Positions 55,320-62,590 of a stretch of 64,000 nt of DNA are shown in pieces. The notes beneath the pieces are model-generated. The model was not told where the DNA came from. It made no database searches and worked only from the letters and a program-made list of their open reading frames with translations. The first letter of the stretch is position 1; every line of letters starts with the position of its first letter. The translations under genes were made by a program, and so were the position numbers. The stretch is taken from contig CAVIDY010000001.1 of the NCBI GenBank assembly GCA_963641885.1, positions 2,855 to 66,854 on the forward strand, in the 5' to 3' direction. The DNA comes from Bacteroidaceae bacterium (GTDB lineage Bacteria; Pseudomonadota; Alphaproteobacteria; RF32; CAG-239).

Positions 55320-56027
55320 TTATTCTCTTGCTTTAGACTTGAAGAGCGTTGCCTTAAATTCATGTTTTTCGCTTTGTACGCTGCTTCTCTGTTGCAGTTC
55401 AAGCTTTATGCGATTAGACAAACTGTCATTGTTTTCACCCCTTGGAAGCAGCATAGATTTTCCGTTATTATCCGCCACAAAATCCATTCCGCGAGCTCCC
55501 ATATATTTAGTTGCATACACAACTTGAGCATTATCTGCATTGAAAAATTGATTATCTCTGCGTGTTGCAGGTGCATTTGCAACTTGAGTAGTGTCCGCGT
55601 TGGTATTTTGATTATTTCCATGGTCGAGTTGTTCAACTTTTTTCTTTACTTCTGCCAGCAATTTTTCTACTTCTTTTATTTGTTCCTGCACCTTTTTTAT
55701 ATCATCTTTTCTTAAATCGCTTTTAGAAATGCTATCAAGCGTATGCCTTGAGGCTTCTATTACATTTGCATCTCGATTCGGATTATATAGTGCACCTTTC
55801 ATAACTTTAGCAACATACGGTACTAATGCAGGATTAACAACTTCTTCATTTTTACCTTTACGATAAAAACTAAATTCCTGAGCATGCATCACAGCAACCG
55901 TTAACACAACAGCTGTAGTGTCTCTTTGAGTAAAAGAATACAATTCCCGCAAAGCCGCAGGTCTAGGTTTTCCTAATTTAACGGAATTTTCCAACGCCGA
56001 CATTTTTGCTAAGTCAACCCGTTCCAT
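55320..56027 (-). CDS. Unknown 235-aa protein lying between the precursor peptide and the rSAM maturase
   Basis: It is co-oriented and tightly spaced within the operon. It has a globular ~100-aa N-domain, a coiled-coil segment (KKVQEQIKEVEKLLAEVKKKVEQL) and an Asn/Gln-rich C-half. I recognise no family. Confidence 0.65.
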   Translation of the reverse strand: MERVDLAKMSALENSVKLGKPRPAALRELYSFTQRDTTAVVLTVAVMHAQEFSFYRKGKNEEVVNPALVPYVAKVMKGALYNPNRDANVIEASRHTLDSISKSDLRKDDIKKVQEQIKEVEKLLAEVKKKVEQLDHGNNQNTNADTTQVANAPATRRDNQFFNADNAQVVYATKYMGARGMDFVADNNGKSMLLPRGENNDSLSNRIKLELQQRSSVQSEKHEFKATLFKSKARE

Positions 56028-56080
56028 CTTTACTTTATTTGGTTTCTTAGGAAATGTAATATTTGGCTTCGGTGCTTCCG

Positions 56081-56269
56081 TTAACCAAGCCTTTCTTCCG
56101 GAATTAATTCATAATCTGCATATGGTAAATCATAATCATTATCTCTTGGTGCCAATTCATAATTTTCTTCTGATAGCTCATGACTATCGTTATCCAATGG
56201 TGCTAATTCATAATTTTCTGTTTTTGCGTCTGCAGTGCTTGTCAATTCTGTGTCTGTAGCGTCGGTCAT
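56081..56269 (-). CDS. Candidate RiPP precursor peptide: 62 aa, Cys-free, hyper-acidic, with three Y-E-L-(A/I)-P repeats
   Basis: An AGGGGA Shine-Dalgarno lies 6 nt before the ATG. The sequence is MTDATDTELTSTADAKT-ENYELAPLDND-SHELSE-ENYELAPRDND-YDLPYA-DYELIPEE-RLG. It is the first gene of the rSAM operon. Confidence 0.6.
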   Translation of the reverse strand: MTDATDTELTSTADAKTENYELAPLDNDSHELSEENYELAPRDNDYDLPYADYELIPEERLG

Positions 56270-56287
56270 TTCTTTTCCCCTTTTAGT

Positions 56288-56392
56288 TTATTGTTCATAT
56301 AAGTTCAGTTTACCCCCCTGATTTTTTGTCAAGTATTTTTTGATAATTTGTACTAAATTTTTTCTTTTTTCATCAAAACTTATATTTTCCAT
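56288..56392 (-). CDS. Possible additional 34-aa peptide (MENISFDEKRKNLVQIIKKYLTKNQGG-KLNLYEQ)
   Basis: It uses an internal Met of the 67-aa ORF, with GAAGGG about 10 nt upstream. It ends 18 nt before the precursor start. An 85-aa plus-strand ORF competes for the same DNA. Confidence 0.2.
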   Translation of the reverse strand: MENISFDEKRKNLVQIIKKYLTKNQGGKLNLYEQ

Positions 56393-56694
56393 TGATTTAC
56401 ACCCTTCAGACATTTTGAGAGAGTTTAGCGTTGAATTTCTGGTGAGGGGTATGTTAGACGAATTTAACAATATAAACAAAGAATTATACACTCAATATCC
56501 AATGGCTGAAACTGTAAAGGTTTTAAATTTGGTTCCCCAAACATGGACTAGAGTCACTGTACAAGATTTAACCGATACATGGGGAAATCGGAGCTGATTT
56601 TAAATTTTTAAAGTCTACTTCACAAACATATTGTTTTATACTTGTTTTTGTGTTATAAAAATAGTGTTTTCAAATTATTCAAAATTTTATTATT

Positions 56695-57003
56695 ATGAGC
56701 ATATCAAACAGATTATTTGAAAGACGCAAGAGCTTTAACAAATTAACCGACAAAGTAACCAGAGTTCAATATTCTGAAACTCTTGGTGAATGGACAATTT
56801 ACTGCGACTGGTTTGAACATTGGGGATATCGAGGCTACTATTTTGTAATAAGCAAGCCCGATGTCGGCAAAGAAATACCCAAAATAGGAGATAAGGTCAC
56901 AATCCTTGAATTTGACAGCATTATAAAACGGATTTTCTTAAATGGGCAAATTTTTTGGACAGACCGCCGCACTGATAAACCTAAAAAACTTATATTTTAT
57001 TAA
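56695..57003 (+). CDS. Hypothetical Trp/Tyr-rich 102-aa protein
   Basis: The ORF is followed by a terminator. It has no clear Shine-Dalgarno and I recognise no family. Confidence 0.45.
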   Translation: MSISNRLFERRKSFNKLTDKVTRVQYSETLGEWTIYCDWFEHWGYRGYYFVISKPDVGKEIPKIGDKVTILEFDSIIKRIFLNGQIFWTDRRTDKPKKLIFY

Positions 57004-57008
57004 ACGCC

Positions 57009-57037
57009 AAAGGACCTATATTTCAGGTCCTTTTTTA
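57009..57037 (+). terminator. Rho-independent terminator
   Basis: Stem AAAGGACCT / AGGTCCTTT, followed by TTTTAT. Confidence 0.6.
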
Positions 57038-57078
57038 TATAAAAGAAAATAGCAAATCTTGGCAGTTGCCGCTTTCCG

Positions 57079-57588
57079 TTAGTAAGTCTCATTTTTAATA
57101 TCTACTATTTCAACAGTATTCCCATGCTCTTCAATAAGTTTAACCAAATCAGCTGATTTCAACCAAATTGTTGCTGTATTATCATTGGGATGAACGCATA
57201 TTAAAGACGTGTCTTTAAAAAAATATCTATCCAAAAATAACGTTACTCTCAACTGTTCATCATTTAATATACCCAATGGAGTAACAGCCCCAGGCACTAG
57301 TTTCATAATATCCATTAAGTCGCTTTCCGAGGCAAAACTCAACGGACGAATACCATTATTTTTACGAAATTCTTTAAGATTGACCTTTTTATTCCCTTTA
57401 ACCGTAATAAGATAATAATTTTGCTTTTTATCATCTCTCACAAAAAGGTTTTTGGCATCGGCTTGAGGATACGGCATATTAACTTGAAACAAATCTTCCA
57501 TATTATAAACCGCTTGATGTTCGGTTACTTCATACCATATATTATTTTGCTTTAGATAATCATATATTTCTTGCTTGTTCATATGCAT
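57079..57588 (-). CDS. YbaK/ProX-type aminoacyl-tRNA deacylase (prolyl-tRNA synthetase-associated domain)
   Basis: MHMNKQEIYDYLKQNNIWYEVTEHQAVYNMED...NLFVRDDKKQNYYLITV...GAVTPLGILND. The ORF-track extension to 57735 reads through tRNA-Glu and I rejected it. Confidence 0.78.
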   Translation of the reverse strand: MHMNKQEIYDYLKQNNIWYEVTEHQAVYNMEDLFQVNMPYPQADAKNLFVRDDKKQNYYLITVKGNKKVNLKEFRKNNGIRPLSFASESDLMDIMKLVPGAVTPLGILNDEQLRVTLFLDRYFFKDTSLICVHPNDNTATIWLKSADLVKLIEEHGNTVEIVDIKNETY

Positions 57589-57607
57589 ATGCCTTACATC
57601 ACTAATT

Positions 57608-57640
57608 AGAAAAGCCTCACCATAAATGTGAGGCTTTTCT
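57608..57640 (-). terminator. Terminator of tRNA-Glu
   Basis: 13-bp stem AGAAAAGCCTCAC / GTGAGGCTTTTCT, lying 5 nt downstream of the tRNA 3' end. Confidence 0.65.
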
Positions 57641-57644
57641 GTAT

Positions 57645-57719
57645 TGGTGATCCCAACGGGACTCGAACCCATATTGCCACCGTGAAAGGGTGATGTCCTA
57701 ACCATTAGACGATGGGACC
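57645..57719 (-). tRNA. tRNA-Glu (anticodon UUC)
   Basis: Hand-folded 75-nt cloverleaf: GGTCCCA-TC-GTCT-AATGGTT-AGGAC-A-TCACC-CTTTCAC-GGTGG-CAAT-ATGGG-TTCGAGT-CCCGT-TGGGATC-A-CCA. Confidence 0.92.
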
Positions 57720-57740
57720 ATATGTTTAATAACAAGCGTA

Positions 57741-57769
57741 TATATACTTGGATTTTTCGCTAAGGTCAA
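57741..57769 (-). promoter_or_regulatory. Candidate promoter of tRNA-Glu
   Basis: On the minus strand, TTGACC, a 17-nt spacer and TATATA, about 20 nt upstream of the tRNA 5' end. Confidence 0.45.
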
Positions 57770-57798
57770 GAACTTTTTTCACATAAAATCAATTTTTT

Positions 57799-58899
57799 TT
57801 AATTTTCCGCTTTTTTATTCACTTCCTTAACCAAATCTCCCAAGCGAACCAGTCTGATTTTGCGTTCCGGCAAATCTTTTATCCAATCCCGCAAAGCCAA
57901 ATAAGTTTGCGTGCGCGGGTGACCGATAGCCACAGCGTAACCGCGCATATGCGCTATTTTTTCGGTTTGGCGGAGCTGTTTCATAATATAATTATAGTCG
58001 TTTTCATTGTCCAAAAAGACATCTCTAGCAATATATGGCACGCCATATTCAGCCGCAACTTTTTCACCCACGGATTTTGCAGTTGTCTTAGAGTCTAAAA
58101 AGAAGAGGTTTCTTTCTTTTAAAACCTGCATAACATAGCCAAGACTTTTTTCGTCTTCGGTAAACAAACTGCCCATGTGGTTATTTACCCCCTTCATGCC
58201 TAAGCCTTTGTAACGATCAAGCATTTGCACAAAATCATTTTTGATTTCATCTTCAGACATATTCGGCGACAACGTAACCGGAGCCAAATCAGCCTTAACA
58301 TGAGGCATCATCGGCACATGTAGCATCACTTCAAAACCTTTTTCTTTAGCCTCTTTAACTTGTTTGCTATTTGCCGCGCCATAAGTTAAAAAAGATGCGG
58401 TAATAGGTTTTTCTAAGCTCAAAATATCGCGAGTGTGCGGAACGCTCACTCCCATATCATCAATCACTACCGCAATCATAACCGATCCGCCGATAACGGC
58501 TTTTGACAATTTCTGCGGCTGCTTATTTTTTACAGACTGTTCAGTTTTTTTTTCTACATTTTGAACAGCCGGCTTTTCTAAACCATTTTGCTTTTGAGCA
58601 TTTTGCGCATTTGCATTATCTGCTGCCGCCGACTGTACGATAATTTGATTAAGCAAAGAATTTTCCATCATCAGTGATTTTACATAATCCAAATCAGCTA
58701 ACATTTTTGCTGTTTGACCATTTTCAAACACAAATGGTTTTATCTCAACCACGCGAGCCGGAATATTGGTTTCCGTCTCTGCCAATGTATAGTTTTCAGG
58801 ATTCGCCCGCAGCAAATCATAGACAACAATAATGCCTTCAAGCAAAACTATTGCCGACAAAACCAGCGAAACCACCCAAACACGCTTTATTTTTTTCAT
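57799..58899 (-). CDS. Divergent polysaccharide deacetylase family protein (YibQ-like)
   Basis: An N-terminal anchor, then IAVVIDDMG...FLDSKTT...RDVFLDNE landmarks. Confidence 0.78.
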   Translation of the reverse strand: MKKIKRVWVVSLVLSAIVLLEGIIVVYDLLRANPENYTLAETETNIPARVVEIKPFVFENGQTAKMLADLDYVKSLMMENSLLNQIIVQSAAADNANAQNAQKQNGLEKPAVQNVEKKTEQSVKNKQPQKLSKAVIGGSVMIAVVIDDMGVSVPHTRDILSLEKPITASFLTYGAANSKQVKEAKEKGFEVMLHVPMMPHVKADLAPVTLSPNMSEDEIKNDFVQMLDRYKGLGMKGVNNHMGSLFTEDEKSLGYVMQVLKERNLFFLDSKTTAKSVGEKVAAEYGVPYIARDVFLDNENDYNYIMKQLRQTEKIAHMRGYAVAIGHPRTQTYLALRDWIKDLPERKIRLVRLGDLVKEVNKKAEN

Positions 58900-58900
58900 T

Positions 58901-60373
58901 TTAATCCTTCTTTCTCAAAGTCGGGAAAGCGATAACATCGCGGATTGTATCAGCGCCAGTGAACAAAATTGCCAAACGATCAATACCCATTCCCATACCG
59001 CCTGACGGAGGAAAACCATTTTCCAAAGCGTTAATAAAGTCTTCATCCAGCATTTGTGCCTCATCGTCGCCTTTTTCACGAGCGGCAACTTCGGCTTCAA
59101 AGCGTTCACGCTGTTCCAACGGATTAGAAAGTTCCGAATAAGCACAGCCGATTTCCATACCACCCAAATAAGCATCAAAGTGTTCTACCAAACGTGGATT
59201 AGAGCGATGAGTTTTTGCCAAAGGAGAAATATCTCTCGGCATATCCATCACAAATGTCGGCTCAATCAAAGAAGCTTCAACTTTTTCGTCAAACACTTCT
59301 TGGACCACTTTGCCCCAGCAGCTGCATGCTCCGGCATCAACACCTATTGACTTAGCCATTTCCTGAGCTTGTTCCAAAGTTTCTGCCTGCAGCAAATCAA
59401 TTCCTGTTTTATCTTTTATCAAATCAACAATAGACTTGCGGACAAATGGTTTTGACAAATCAACTTTCTTATCGCCGATTGTCAAAACTTGCGTGCCCAA
59501 AACTTCTTGCGCCACAAAACGCAACAGTTCCTGAATCAAATCTGCCATATCGTTATAGTCGGCATAAGCTTGATATGCTTCCAAGCCCGTAAATTCTGGA
59601 TTATGGTTTTTATCAATGCCTTCGTTTCTAAAATTGCGACCAATTTCAAAAACTCTGTCAAAACCGCCAACGACCAATTTTTTCAAATAAAGCTCCGGAG
59701 CAATACGCAGATATAAATCCATATCCAAAGCGTTATGGTGGGTAATAAACGGCTTTGCGTTAGCGCCGCCCATAATTGGGTGCAGCATCGGAGTTTCTAC
59801 TTCCAAAAATTCCTGCTGTTCAAAAAAGCGGCGAACGGCAGAAGTAATGCGGCAACGCTTTTTGAAAATTTCTTTGCTGTCGTCATTCATTATAAAGTCT
59901 ACATAACGCTGACGATAACGCGCGTCCATATCTGTCAAGCCGTGGAATTTTTCTGGCAGCGGCTGCAATGACTTGGCTATAATATCAAATTTTTCGGCAG
60001 CAATCGTCAATTCTCCGCGCGGGGTACGGCGAACAAAACCGCTGACGCCAACCATATCGCCGACATCTAGGCATTTTAACAATTCCATATCAGCTTCCGG
60101 CAAAATCTTTTTATAGCAAAAAGCCTGAACTTTTCCGCTTTTATCTTTAATATCCACAAACATACCGCTGTTGCGCACAGCCATAGCGCGACCCGCAACC
60201 GTAACACGGTCTTCAGTATCGGTGCCTGCTTCCAAACCTTTATATTTTTCCTGCAATTCCGCAGCATAAATTGTCGGCACAAATTTATACGGATATGGAT
60301 TATATCCTTTTTCCTGCAAAGTTTTCAATTTTGCCAATCTGGATTCTCTGTGAATATTTGTTTCATTTGCCAT
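58901..60373 (-). CDS. lysS: Lysine--tRNA ligase (class II)
   Basis: 490-aa ORF with an OB-fold N-domain and class II motifs ([25 protein letters not shown]). Confidence 0.97.
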   Translation of the reverse strand: MANETNIHRESRLAKLKTLQEKGYNPYPYKFVPTIYAAELQEKYKGLEAGTDTEDRVTVAGRAMAVRNSGMFVDIKDKSGKVQAFCYKKILPEADMELLKCLDVGDMVGVSGFVRRTPRGELTIAAEKFDIIAKSLQPLPEKFHGLTDMDARYRQRYVDFIMNDDSKEIFKKRCRITSAVRRFFEQQEFLEVETPMLHPIMGGANAKPFITHHNALDMDLYLRIAPELYLKKLVVGGFDRVFEIGRNFRNEGIDKNHNPEFTGLEAYQAYADYNDMADLIQELLRFVAQEVLGTQVLTIGDKKVDLSKPFVRKSIVDLIKDKTGIDLLQAETLEQAQEMAKSIGVDAGACSCWGKVVQEVFDEKVEASLIEPTFVMDMPRDISPLAKTHRSNPRLVEHFDAYLGGMEIGCAYSELSNPLEQRERFEAEVAAREKGDDEAQMLDEDFINALENGFPPSGGMGMGIDRLAILFTGADTIRDVIAFPTLRKKD

Positions 60374-60508
60374 TTTTTATATCCTAAATTTCTAAATTCT
60401 AAACTATCACCGACTATAAACGCTGCGGATTTTTTTTTCAATAAAAAACTGGCATTTTAGACAGAATTATGCTAGAATTAGTTATGTACATATAAAGATG
60501 AGGGAAAA

Positions 60509-61813
60509 ATGACTAAACCAAACAAAGATTCGTTGTTAGAAAAATTGAAAATGACATTTATGGGATTTGCGGCGACAATCTCATTGAACTCTTTTGCCCA
60601 ATCCCCAAAAACTAAACAGCAAAAAGAAGATGCAGTCACAATTTTAAAAGCACCGGAAAGCAGGGAAGTTCAAATTTCCGAAACCGATTTAGCGCAGGCA
60701 CAAGCTCAGGTACAGGCAAAAATCCAAGCCAAAAAGCAAGCCGCCGAAAAGTCTGCCGCACGGAATCATTCTTTTGAAAAACTGGAAGAATTACCATATG
60801 GTTTGATGAATCAGCAAGCCGCATATGTTATGTCAGCAGATGAATGGAATGATAACAGCACCATCAATATAAAACGCGTAGATAAAGACAAAATTGCCAG
60901 TTATGATATGGTTTCGGTTATGGAAGCTCGAGAGGGCAAAAAAGGCGACGTGGTAAATAAAAATGCTTCCGGAAGCCGTATGTTTATGTTCCAAAGCACT
61001 CCGGCAATGGGGAAATATTTTATGCGCTACCTCTATTGCTCTAATAATGAAGATTTGCATAAATTCGCCGCCAAATACATCAGGAACACGCAAATCAACC
61101 AAAAAGCTATGGAAAATGTGCAAAAATATCTATACGATGAAGACGGAGAGCTCAAAACTGGCTTAGAAGGCACGCTTGAGCGCCAAAACGCCATTAAAGA
61201 AATGAAAAAAATAACTGTGGGTAACATTGGAGAAACACGCTATTCAGCGACGTTTGTTAAAGATTTTGAAAATCTTGCCAAAAGACATTACGATGAAGTT
61301 TTAAATGCTCAGAAAGAATTTATAGTTGGCATTTATCCTTTGATTGGCACTCGCTCTAACCAAGTGGCAAATGGTATTGAAAAACTCGCTAAACAATTTG
61401 GAAAACGCGATGGTTCTTGTTTGCAGCTGGGTGACGCCGGAAAAGTTGTCGCTTCCAAAATTGCATTCGGTGCAGGTTCAGAAAAACTGCTAGCAGAACC
61501 AAAAGTTAAAAACAAAGCTAAAGAAATAAATCAAACCAACTACATCACCTTAGACGCTGCTAGGCAGATGGCAATCGGCGGAATTAACGGCGCAGATAAA
61601 ATGTATAAAGATTTCAAGCAAAAAGTCGATGAATACCAATATAATATGGAAGAATACGTAAAAGAGCTGACCACGCCTGATTTAACTATAAAACAGGATG
61701 CTATTAAAGATTATCGTGAAGAGGCAGACAAGCAACAAAACCAAATGTCTCAGCCGCAGCACCATAATATAGATCTTCAAAAATATCTTCAGCAAAAAAA
61801 TTCAGGACGGTAA
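60509..61813 (+). CDS. Hypothetical 434-aa protein, possibly secreted
   Basis: GAGGGA Shine-Dalgarno. A hydrophobic segment (MTFMGFAATISLNSFAQ) lies near the N-terminus, followed by an AQ-rich repeat (AQAQAQVQAKIQAKKQAA). I recognise no family. Confidence 0.6.
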   Translation: MTKPNKDSLLEKLKMTFMGFAATISLNSFAQSPKTKQQKEDAVTILKAPESREVQISETDLAQAQAQVQAKIQAKKQAAEKSAARNHSFEKLEELPYGLMNQQAAYVMSADEWNDNSTINIKRVDKDKIASYDMVSVMEAREGKKGDVVNKNASGSRMFMFQSTPAMGKYFMRYLYCSNNEDLHKFAAKYIRNTQINQKAMENVQKYLYDEDGELKTGLEGTLERQNAIKEMKKITVGNIGETRYSATFVKDFENLAKRHYDEVLNAQKEFIVGIYPLIGTRSNQVANGIEKLAKQFGKRDGSCLQLGDAGKVVASKIAFGAGSEKLLAEPKVKNKAKEINQTNYITLDAARQMAIGGINGADKMYKDFKQKVDEYQYNMEEYVKELTTPDLTIKQDAIKDYREEADKQQNQMSQPQHHNIDLQKYLQQKNSGR

Positions 61814-61830
61814 TTTTATGATATTTACCA

Positions 61831-61861
61831 AAAACTCCGCCTTTCACAAAAGCGGAGTTTT
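61831..61861. terminator. Bidirectional terminator
   Basis: Stem AAAACTCCGC / GCGGAGTTTT. Confidence 0.6.
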
Positions 61862-61863
61862 AT

Positions 61864-62580
61864 TTATTTCCCTCTAAAAAGTTTAGTTAGTTTTTTTACA
61901 TCGTCATTGCTTAAAATTTTTGGCACAGCAACCGTTTTTTGCCACAATTTTCCGCCATAATAAGAATGCTGCCAGCGAAAACCGTCTTTCAGCGAGCTGA
62001 AATTTTCCAACGGCTGCTCCCACAAACTTTCACAAAATGGTCTGTACAGCCTGTTAAAAATAAACAAAGGATAGCGGAAAATCTGCCACCACAAAGGCTT
62101 TGCATAATCAACAAATATAGCCTTGCCGCCAGTCGTCAGGCTTTTCAGCACATTATCCATTACCTGCTGTCTGGTTTTCAACGGCAATTCATGCAAAAGA
62201 TTATAGCAAATAACCACATCATATTTTTCGTCCCAAGCCAGTGCAGCATTATAATTGCTTAATTCAATATTTTTTCGGGCATATTTATCCTTAGCTCGCT
62301 GCAGCTGTATATCCGAAACATCAAATACATCAAGCTTGCCTTGTTTTTTAACTTTGTCATAAATTTGCTCCAGTTCATCGCCAAAAGTCAGCCCAATTTG
62401 CAAAACATGCGCATTTTTTGCCACATCGCGGAGCAAATCCTTCATTATTTTCTTTTTTTGCCCTAAATGGCATAGTTTGACGATTCTTTCATCATCGCAG
62501 ACGCCGGAAACTATTTTATTTGTATAAATGCGGTTAAATAAGATATTCATATAAGGCGGCAGACTGTTAATTTTAGTCAT
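61864..62580 (-). CDS. Class I SAM-methyltransferase-fold protein with a degenerate motif I (possible RquA-like)
   Basis: It has the MTase fold (DVVICYNLLHELP, GGKAIFVDY). Motif I reads VLQIGLTFGDE instead of the usual hh(D/E)hGxGxG. Confidence 0.7.
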   Translation of the reverse strand: MTKINSLPPYMNILFNRIYTNKIVSGVCDDERIVKLCHLGQKKKIMKDLLRDVAKNAHVLQIGLTFGDELEQIYDKVKKQGKLDVFDVSDIQLQRAKDKYARKNIELSNYNAALAWDEKYDVVICYNLLHELPLKTRQQVMDNVLKSLTTGGKAIFVDYAKPLWWQIFRYPLFIFNRLYRPFCESLWEQPLENFSSLKDGFRWQHSYYGGKLWQKTVAVPKILSNDDVKKLTKLFRGK

Positions 62581-62590
62581 AACGTTCTCC

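Noticed and set aside
56340-56597. An 85-aa plus-strand ORF lies in the region upstream of the RiPP-like operon.
   Set aside because: It has no convincing Shine-Dalgarno, since GAGGGG sits too close to the internal ATG. It overlaps the minus-strand small ORF and the likely promoter region, so I left it unannotated as undecidable from sequence alone.
57589-57735. The ORF track extends the YbaK-like ORF at its N-terminus (MLLNIWSHRLMVRTSPFHGGNMGSSPVG...).
   Set aside because: The extension reads straight through tRNA-Glu and its terminator hairpin. The conserved protein starts at MHMNKQEIY.
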